Notes under the pieces: model-generated | What the model saw: the letters and a program-made list of their open reading frames with translations, nothing else | Told to the model about the DNA's origin: nothing | Database searches by the model: none | NCBI GenBank assembly: GCA_030167145.1 | Contig: CP126532.1 | Location: forward strand, 1,500,001-1,532,000 | Direction: 5' to 3' | Length of the DNA stretch: 32,000 bases | DNA from: Ktedonobacterales bacterium | GTDB taxonomy: Bacteria; Chloroflexota; Ktedonobacteria; Ktedonobacterales; JADMIN01 | Part shown: piece after piece, positions 25,612 to 32,000 of the stretch | How positions within the stretch are numbered: the first letter of the stretch is position 1 | Layout of the letters: the number at the start of each line of letters is the position of its first letter | Program-made: the position numbers and the translations under genes

Positions 25612-26407
25612 CGGTTCTCCCTTTCTCGTCGCACGTCGCCTTGCACATCGCCCATCCTCACGTCTAACCACAAGTCTAACAAAATTGTCAGAGACCGCGA
25701 CAGAGCCACTCCGCAAAACCCGCCACATAGATGACAATTTGCTCATTTGATGAACTCGTCTATTCATACATTCGCGGGCCAGACCTGCTAGACTTCTCTG
25801 CGGAACACAGCTTCGCCTGGAATGAAGGTGGAGTTGTGTTGGTGGGGAGGAAAAAACGCGATACGGGTGTGGCGCTGGTGTAGGGCAATGTGGTGTGGTG
25901 GCCAGTAACCCAAATCGCGCTGGTGGATTCATTCTTCCAGTCGGCGGTACGCGCGTAACGGCGGTGTTCGGGGGAGCAATGGGACGCGCGACTGTCCGGC
26001 AGGAAACTCTCGCTCCATTGTGGTGCTGTGTGGGGTAGTGGATGGGAGATACCAGTGCGCCCGCGTGCGTGGTATCCGGCGGGGAAACAAGGGTGTTCCT
26101 CGCGGACCATGCGCGCGTGGCGCGCGGGCGAGAGACGCGCCGCGCAACCGGGTGGGGGCATGTGTGGACAGCGTGTACCGGGCGCGGCGCGGATTCCCTG
26201 CCCCGAATACATCTACTCAACTTGACGCAGCATAGGTAGCCGCGATACCCTGAAGTCGGCACGAGGCACGTATGGATACGTATGCCATCTCGCCAGACGA
26301 CACACGAATGCGCAATGGCAGATGAGCAAGCCGGTCCACGTGCGGTAGAGCGCACAGTAGACAACACCAACAGCATTTCACTGACCTTTATCACCCTGGG
26401 AGGGACC

Positions 26408-27475
26408 ATGGCGAACGCGGCGGAAGCCGATACGCAGCGAACGGAGCGCGTTGAAGGACGAGTGGTCGCGATTGCTCCCGGCTTCTTTGAAGTCGTGACG
26501 AGTACCGAAGCGTATCTTTGCACCGCACGTGGTCGCCTACGTAAGCAGCGCCCAGCGCCTGCCTCGCGCAACCCCCACCGCCCAACATCCGGTGACGCAT
26601 CACGCGGCGCCGCCCGCTCGGCCCAGGCTGTCAAGTCGCGCGCTGAGCCAGCCGCGCCAGACGACGCCCCCGTCCGCATTGCCCCCGGAGATTGGGTGCA
26701 AATTACGCCGCTTGATGCCACCCACGGCATCATCGAAGACGTGCTCCCGCGCCGTACCGTGCTCTCGCGCGGGCGCAGCGAAGCGCGCGGCGAGCATATC
26801 ATGCTGGCAAACCTGGATTCCGCCGTGCTGGTCTTCGCGGTCCGCGAGCCTGCTCCCCACTTCGGCATGCTCGACCGTTATCTGGCGCTCTGCGAGCATG
26901 CAGGTGTAGAAGTCACCATCTGTCTGAACAAAACCGACCTGGGCGACCCGCCGGACGTAGCCGAAGCGCGGGCGCTCTACAGCGCGCTCGGCTATTCTGT
27001 GCTCGCCACCAGCACCCGCACCGGCGAAGGTCTCGATGCGCTACGCGAACGGCTGCGCGAACGTACATCGCTGCTCACGGGGCCATCCGGTGTCGGCAAA
27101 TCCTCGCTCATGAACCTGCTGATCCCCAGCGCCGCCCAGCGCACCACCGCGATCAGCCTCGCCACTGGCAAGGGCCAGCACACCACCACCGGCGTCCGTC
27201 TGCTGCCGCTGCCAGAGGGCGGTTGGCTGGCCGATTCCGCAGGCATTCGCGAGCTAGCGCTCTGGAATGTGCCGCCCGACGATCTGGCGCGCACGTTTGT
27301 TGAGTTGCGGCCCGTAGCCGAGGACTGCGAGTACGAGAATTGCGAACACTCCGCAGCCGATGCCGGCTGCGCGCTTCGCCAGGCGCAGACCGATGGGCGT
27401 ATCTCCCCGGCACGCTGGGCCAGCTTCGAGCGGCTGCTGGTCGAAGCCCGTGACGCACAGCCAGCCGTCCGGTGA
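26408..27475 (+). CDS. rsgA: Ribosome small-subunit-dependent GTPase A (circularly permuted GTPase)
   Basis: GGGAGGG SD upstream of ATG 26408. N-terminal OB-like region (EGRVVAI...ARGRLRK...GDWV). Permuted G motifs (NKTDL before GPSGVGKSSL). C-terminal Cys/His zinc knuckle (CEYENCEH...GC). Confidence 0.85.
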   Translation: MANAAEADTQRTERVEGRVVAIAPGFFEVVTSTEAYLCTARGRLRKQRPAPASRNPHRPTSGDASRGAARSAQAVKSRAEPAAPDDAPVRIAPGDWVQITPLDATHGIIEDVLPRRTVLSRGRSEARGEHIMLANLDSAVLVFAVREPAPHFGMLDRYLALCEHAGVEVTICLNKTDLGDPPDVAEARALYSALGYSVLATSTRTGEGLDALRERLRERTSLLTGPSGVGKSSLMNLLIPSAAQRTTAISLATGKGQHTTTGVRLLPLPEGGWLADSAGIRELALWNVPPDDLARTFVELRPVAEDCEYENCEHSAADAGCALRQAQTDGRISPARWASFERLLVEARDAQPAVR

Positions 27476-27501
27476 CGGCCTCCTGGTTACCGTGGCCCTG
27501 G

Positions 27502-30078
27502 CTAGCCTTTTTGCTTACTCGTTGCCGCCCGCGCACGCCCGGCAGCCGCATCCCTATGGGCCGTCCGCTTGCGCTCGACACTCAGCACGCTCGGCACCTG
27601 CTGCAGCTCACTCAGCGCCTTGGCCAGTTGCTCTGGGCGCTGAATCTCCAGAGTCGCGGTAATGATGGCGCGATGCTGCTTGGGGTACGTCGCCGTATTC
27701 ACCTTGAGCATGTTGATCTTCAACCCCGTGATCACGCCTGTCACGTCCGCGAGCAACCCCGTGCGGTCCAGCGCCTCGATCACAATCGGCGCGCGGAAAT
27801 TATGCTGGCCGTCCATCTTCGGCAGGCTCACCGCAATACCGCGCCCCGGCTCCTGCGCCAGCAAATGCGCCAGATTCGGACAATCCGCCCGGTGGATCAC
27901 CACCCCCTTCCCACGGGTGATAAATCCCATCAGCGCATCGCCCGGCAGCGGATCACAGCAGCCCGCCAGCCGCGTCAGCATGCCCTCCAGACCCGCCACG
28001 CTCGCCCCAGGGTCGGTCTCGCGCGCTGGCGACGTCACCACCTCCACGGCCTCTGGCTCACTGACAGGCGGAAACAAATGCTCGCGCAGCTTGGCGATAA
28101 CGACCGAAGCCTTCAGCTTCTCAGCGCCGATACTGACCAGCAGTGTCTCGATGTCGCGCTGCTCGAAGGTCTGCGTCAGCCACTCGATATCGTCGTCGCT
28201 CAGATCCTCGTAGCCCTTCCGCAGGCCCATCGCGCGCAGATCGCGGTCCAGCCGCTCGCGCCCCATCTGCAAGTCAATATCGCGCTCGTGCGCCTTCAGA
28301 TATTTCTGGATCCGATCACGGGCCGACTTGGTGCGCGCCACATTCAGCCAGTCGCGCGTGGGGTGGGCGTCTTTGCGCTTGATGATCTCGATCACATCGC
28401 CGTTTTTTAGCTCGTAATCCAGTGGCACCAGCTTCTTCACCAGGCGTCCATTGGCATCCTGCGACGAAACACGCGCGCCCGCGACATGATTGCCCACGTC
28501 GGTATGCACCAGATACGCGAAATCTATCGGCGTCGAGCCTGCCGGCAATTCTTTCACATCGCCAGCCGGCGTGAAGACGAAGATCTGCTCCTTGAGCACA
28601 TCCCCCTTGACGGCATTCAGCACGCGCTCCGTTCCGCCTGGTCCTGGCTCTTGCAGCTCAACCTGCCATTCCTTGAGTTGCCGTACCCAGCTTTGCAGCG
28701 AATTAGCCTGCGCCGACGCCGCATCCCCCGCCGACTTGTAATACCAGTGCATCGCCACGCCGTATTCCGCCAATTCATGCATCTGGCGCGTGCGAATTTG
28801 TATCTCCGCCAGGCGGTCATCCAGGCAAAACACCGTCGTATGCAGCGACTGATAGCCATTGGGCTTCGGATTGGCGATAAAGTCCTTGATGCGCCCATCT
28901 TTGGGCCGCCACAATTCATGCACATGCCCCAGCGCCAGATAGCAGTCCGCCACTGTTTCCACAATGACGCGAAACGCCAGCACGTCATACAACGTCGAAA
29001 GGTCGTGGCTTCCTGTGCGCTCCACCTTCTTATAGATGCTATACAGATGCTTGACCCGCCCCGACACATCCGCGTGCAGCCCAATCTTGCGCATCTCCGT
29101 CCGCAGGATATCGCAGACTCGCGCCACGTATTGACCACGCTGCTGGGTATACACCCGCACCGCATCGCTCAGCCAGCGGTACTCATCCGGCTCCAGGATC
29201 GCAAAGGCAAGGTCTTCTAACTCTCCTTCGACTCGCCCCATCCCCAGGCGGCCCGCCAGCGGCGCGAAAATCTCGCGCGTCTCCTGCGCCAGCGTCCGGC
29301 ACTCTGCTTCACTCAGCGCGGGCCGCGCCTGCCCATCCGCCGTGCGTTCCGCAACGACCGGGGCAGCACCCGCGTCCACTGCGCGCCTCGCATCTGCCGC
29401 TTGCCGTGCCAGCCGCATCTGCCGCAGTTGATCGGCAATCTTGAAGACGGCGACACGCGGATCCTCTGTCATCGCCACGAACATCTTGCGCAGACTCTCC
29501 GCACCCTGGCGTTGCTGTCGCTCGCGGCTTCGCCTGCGCTCGCGCGACTGTACTTCATCTTCGGCGCCCGTTTGCGCGGTGCGCCGCAACGCCGCGCGTG
29601 GGCGCTCAAGTGTATCGAAGCGCTCGATATTCTCAATCGTCTGCGCCACCGCCTCACCGAACGCGCCCCCCAACCGCTGGCGCACATCCTCCAGCGTCAC
29701 CAGATCGCTCTCCACCGTCTGATACAGCAGCACCGCCGCCAGGCTGATGACATCAATGTGGACCGATTCCGCCAGCGTTTGCGCCACCCCAATCACATAG
29801 TCCACATCCCACTCCGGCGCCTGCCCCTCCACCGCTGTAGGCATTCCTCCCGTTTCACGCCCGCTCGCTTTATTGGGGCGTGCAGCAGCAGCGGACGGTG
29901 TGGCATACAGCGCCGCGCGCAGTTCCCGCGCGAACGCCAGCACCTGCTGAACATGCGCGACATCGTCCGCATCGAGATAGTGCTTGACGGCACGCAGCAG
30001 CCGACCCTCATCAGCGAAGGTCGCGCCCATGCCGGTAGATGTTCCGGTGGATCCGGCGAACGACCTGTGCATCATCAT
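27502..30078 (-). CDS. Long RelA/SpoT homologue, RelA-like: synthetase motifs intact, hydrolase (HD) motifs degenerate
   Basis: ATG 30078 overlaps the upstream gene's stop. Synthetase motifs GRVKHLYSIYKK, YQSLHT, EIQIRT (28789-28806) and AMHWYYK are present, along with TGS, Cys-rich (CCDPLPGD...HRADCPNL) and ACT-like regions. At the HD position the sequence reads YQ (29719-29724), and ADRLHNMRTL reads ADQLRQMRLA. Confidence 0.9.
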   Translation of the reverse strand: MMMHRSFAGSTGTSTGMGATFADEGRLLRAVKHYLDADDVAHVQQVLAFARELRAALYATPSAAAARPNKASGRETGGMPTAVEGQAPEWDVDYVIGVAQTLAESVHIDVISLAAVLLYQTVESDLVTLEDVRQRLGGAFGEAVAQTIENIERFDTLERPRAALRRTAQTGAEDEVQSRERRRSRERQQRQGAESLRKMFVAMTEDPRVAVFKIADQLRQMRLARQAADARRAVDAGAAPVVAERTADGQARPALSEAECRTLAQETREIFAPLAGRLGMGRVEGELEDLAFAILEPDEYRWLSDAVRVYTQQRGQYVARVCDILRTEMRKIGLHADVSGRVKHLYSIYKKVERTGSHDLSTLYDVLAFRVIVETVADCYLALGHVHELWRPKDGRIKDFIANPKPNGYQSLHTTVFCLDDRLAEIQIRTRQMHELAEYGVAMHWYYKSAGDAASAQANSLQSWVRQLKEWQVELQEPGPGGTERVLNAVKGDVLKEQIFVFTPAGDVKELPAGSTPIDFAYLVHTDVGNHVAGARVSSQDANGRLVKKLVPLDYELKNGDVIEIIKRKDAHPTRDWLNVARTKSARDRIQKYLKAHERDIDLQMGRERLDRDLRAMGLRKGYEDLSDDDIEWLTQTFEQRDIETLLVSIGAEKLKASVVIAKLREHLFPPVSEPEAVEVVTSPARETDPGASVAGLEGMLTRLAGCCDPLPGDALMGFITRGKGVVIHRADCPNLAHLLAQEPGRGIAVSLPKMDGQHNFRAPIVIEALDRTGLLADVTGVITGLKINMLKVNTATYPKQHRAIITATLEIQRPEQLAKALSELQQVPSVLSVERKRTAHRDAAAGRARAATSKQKG

Positions 30079-32000
30079 CGCCTCTTCTCGTCGCAGCCCT
30101 TCATCATATCACGCTGGACATCCAGTACGCCGGGCACAGTATGCAAGCGGCGCAGCACAAAATCGAGCCGCAGATTCGGCGGCACATCCAGCGTGAGCGT
30201 CATCGCCGCCCGGTGGCGCGACTGATTCGCATAGGCCCGCCCACCAGAAACGTTGATGCCGATATTGGCAGCGCACCGCGCGACTTCGTTCATCAGTCCG
30301 GGGTGATCCTGCCCCGATATTTCCAGATGCACACGATAGGTAATCGGCTGAATCTCTGGCCATATCACCGCCAGCGGCTCAGTCGCGCTGGCGCCCACGT
30401 CGTAGCGGCGCGCCAGCGCGCCACGCAATGTCCGGCAGCACGCGCGATGAATCGTAACACGCTGCCCCGCGCCCGCTAGCCCAGCGATATGATCGCCCGG
30501 ACACGGAAAACAGCAACGCCCTAACTCGACCTGTGCCCGCTTACCAGAAGGATGCCGTAACGGCTCCACAATGCTCGACAAGGCGGTCGGCTCGCTCACA
30601 TGTCGCGTTCGTTCCGCGTCATCCAACGTCCGCCGCAGCGCCCGCCCGATCTTCTCCCGCGCGTAGCGGGTGCGCGCGATATCCAGCCACGACGCATCTG
30701 GCGCGGCGTCCGGTGACGTGAGCACTCGCACAATGTCGCTGCGGCGCAAAATGTAATCCACCTCCACCTCGCGCGCAATCAGGATGCCCTGGCTCGTATT
30801 CGTCTGCACATGCGCGCCCACCGCATGATTCCCAATCTCCGTGTGAATCAGGTACGCGAAATCGAGCACCGTAGATCCTTCCGGTAGCTCACGAATCTGT
30901 CCCTTCGGGGTGAACACATGAATCTGCTCTTCAAAAAGATCGCCTCGCACTGCCGCCATAAAGTCGCTGGCATTCAGGTCCAGTTCCCGCTGCCACGCCG
31001 CCAGATGTGTCACCCACCCCAGCACCTCCGCCACCCGCACCGGCGTCGCGCCATCCACCCGTTCTCCGTGCGCCGCGCGCTCCAGCCAGTACGTCGCCAC
31101 GCCATGCTGCGCGGCGCGGTGCATCCGGTGGGTGCGAATATGTATCTGGGCGAGGCGGCCATCCAGGGCAAATACTGCGGTGTGGAACGATTGATAACCA
31201 TTGATCTTCGGTGTAGCAATGTAATCACGAATACGGTCCGTGTGCGGATGCCACAAATGATGAATCACACGCAACGCCTGGTAACAATCGTCCTTGGTAT
31301 CCACCAGCACACGAAACGCAATCAGATCGTGTAGCCCCGCGATGTCCATGCCGCTATCCTCGGCCTCGCGATACGCGCGATACGTATGCTTCAGGCGGTA
31401 GTTCACCGCCGCCTGAATGCCTTGCGCCGCCAGTTCGCGCTGCACCCGGCGACACATCCGTTTGCCCCACTCCGCCCGCTTCATCATTTCATCATCCAGG
31501 CGGGCGCTCACATGCGCGAACGTCTCCGGCTCCAGATGGAGGAATCCCAGATCTTCCAACTCTGACTTGACGAGATACAGGCCGATGCGTCCCGCCAGCG
31601 GCGCATAGATGTCCAGAGTCTCCCGCGCGATAGCCTCGCGCTTCTCCGGCGGCATCGAGCCGAGCGTCCGCATATTATGCAGACGGTCGGCCAGCTTCAC
31701 CAACACCACGCGCGGATCTTCGCTCATCGCCAGAAAGAGCTTGCGCACCGTCTCGGACTGTTGCCGCGCCTTCTTCCGTTTGCGCGCATCCACCGAAACA
31801 ATATCGCCTTCGGGTTCCACCGGCTCCACGGCAACAAACTTGGTGACACCATCCACAATCGCCGCAATGCCCGCGCCAAAACGCTCGCGCACATCATCGA
31901 GGCTGAGCGTCGTATCTTCCACTGTGTCGTGCAACAGTGCGGCAGCGATCCCCGGCGCGTCAATCGCCAGCTCGCTCAGCAGTGTCGCCACCGCCACCGG
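30075..32000 (-). CDS. Long RelA/SpoT homologue, SpoT-like (5' end outside the window): hydrolase motifs intact, synthetase motifs degenerate
   Basis: The ORF is open to the window edge. Hydrolase motifs LLHDTVEDT (HD codons 31926-31931) and EDPRVVLVKLADRLHNMRTL are present. The synthetase signature reads QIHIRT (31131-31148) instead of ExQIRT, YRLKHTYRAYRE instead of GRxKHxYSIYxK, and ATYWLER instead of AAHWxYK. TGS, Cys-rich and ACT-like regions are present. Confidence 0.9.
   Translation of the reverse strand, partial: PVAVATLLSELAIDAPGIAAALLHDTVEDTTLSLDDVRERFGAGIAAIVDGVTKFVAVEPVEPEGDIVSVDARKRKKARQQSETVRKLFLAMSEDPRVVLVKLADRLHNMRTLGSMPPEKREAIARETLDIYAPLAGRIGLYLVKSELEDLGFLHLEPETFAHVSARLDDEMMKRAEWGKRMCRRVQRELAAQGIQAAVNYRLKHTYRAYREAEDSGMDIAGLHDLIAFRVLVDTKDDCYQALRVIHHLWHPHTDRIRDYIATPKINGYQSFHTAVFALDGRLAQIHIRTHRMHRAAQHGVATYWLERAAHGERVDGATPVRVAEVLGWVTHLAAWQRELDLNASDFMAAVRGDLFEEQIHVFTPKGQIRELPEGSTVLDFAYLIHTEIGNHAVGAHVQTNTSQGILIAREVEVDYILRRSDIVRVLTSPDAAPDASWLDIARTRYAREKIGRALRRTLDDAERTRHVSEPTALSSIVEPLRHPSGKRAQVELGRCCFPCPGDHIAGLAGAGQRVTIHRACCRTLRGALARRYDVGASATEPLAVIWPEIQPITYRVHLEISGQDHPGLMNEVARCAANIGINVSGGRAYANQSRHRAAMTLTLDVPPNLRLDFVLRRLHTVPGVLDVQRDMMKGCDEKRR

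Noticed and set aside
20851-26285. Apparent clustering of GATAC(G/C) motifs in several intergenic regions (20855-20880, 24068-24095, 26244-26280), echoing the GATACGC heptamer
   Set aside because: A 5-mer with three A/T bases is expected many times in 32 kb and preferentially in AT-richer spacers. GATACGC also occurs inside coding sequence (for example around 31370). I cannot show enrichment without counting genome-wide.
24613-26868. 751-aa ORF on the minus strand spanning the esterase and the whole large spacer, overlapping rsgA antisense
   Set aside because: Only the last 332 codons (from ATG 25611, which has an AAGGGAGA SD) look like a protein (esterase motifs). The upstream 419 codons are Arg/Pro/Ser/Cys/His-rich with no domain-like pattern. 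This is the typical stop-free shadow frame of GC-rich DNA.
27472-30225. Long plus-strand ORFs antisense to the RelA-like gene (27472-28410, 27662-28213, 28486-29220, 29401-30225)
   Set aside because: Arg/His/Gln/Leu-rich antisense shadows of a well-supported minus-strand gene, with no SD or motifs.
1-32000. Search for tRNA, rRNA, tmRNA, RNase P or SRP RNA signatures (for example GGTTCGAATCC T-loops, GAGGAAAGTCC)
   Set aside because: None of these conserved cores was seen on either strand.

Overview
GC-rich bacterial chromosomal window with about 27 supportable protein-coding genes on both strands. I saw no rRNA, tRNA or CRISPR array. Genes mostly have clear Shine-Dalgarno sites, and several intergenic regions carry TTGnnn-N16-18-TACAAT/TAGAAT promoter-like elements. 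The composition and the many membrane-anchored proteins with Pro/Thr/Ala-rich tails suggest a Chloroflexota- or Actinomycetota-like genome, but that taxonomy is inference only. Recognisable content: a TPR protein fragment; a CheY-like receiver; a membrane double-FHA protein with a transglutaminase-like partner; a CPBP protease; a standalone OmpR-type winged-helix protein; a Zur-like Fur regulator coupled to a ZIP transporter behind a perfect palindromic operator; an M20 amidohydrolase; three GNAT acetyltransferases; an ECF sigma with a zf-HC2 anti-sigma carrying BNR/Asp-box repeats, plus a lipoprotein; a Crp/Fnr regulator; a polyprenol-phosphate mannosyltransferase; an acyl-CoA dehydrogenase; a dual-specificity phosphatase; an esterase; and RsgA. 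The most notable observation is a tandem, ATGA-coupled pair of full-length RelA/SpoT homologues at the 3' end whose catalytic motifs have decayed reciprocally. The upstream copy keeps hydrolase motifs but has lost synthetase motifs, and the downstream copy is the reverse. Other items worth a second look: an ~800 bp gene-free G-rich stretch between the esterase and rsgA; an ABM domain fused in frame to an IS5-type transposase N-terminal fragment; two paralogous 2-TM proteins bracketing a CPBP/wHTH/small-ORF cluster; a GATACGC heptamer tandem repeat; and several structured or repeat-bearing intergenic regions. All product calls come from motif recognition by eye, with no database search.
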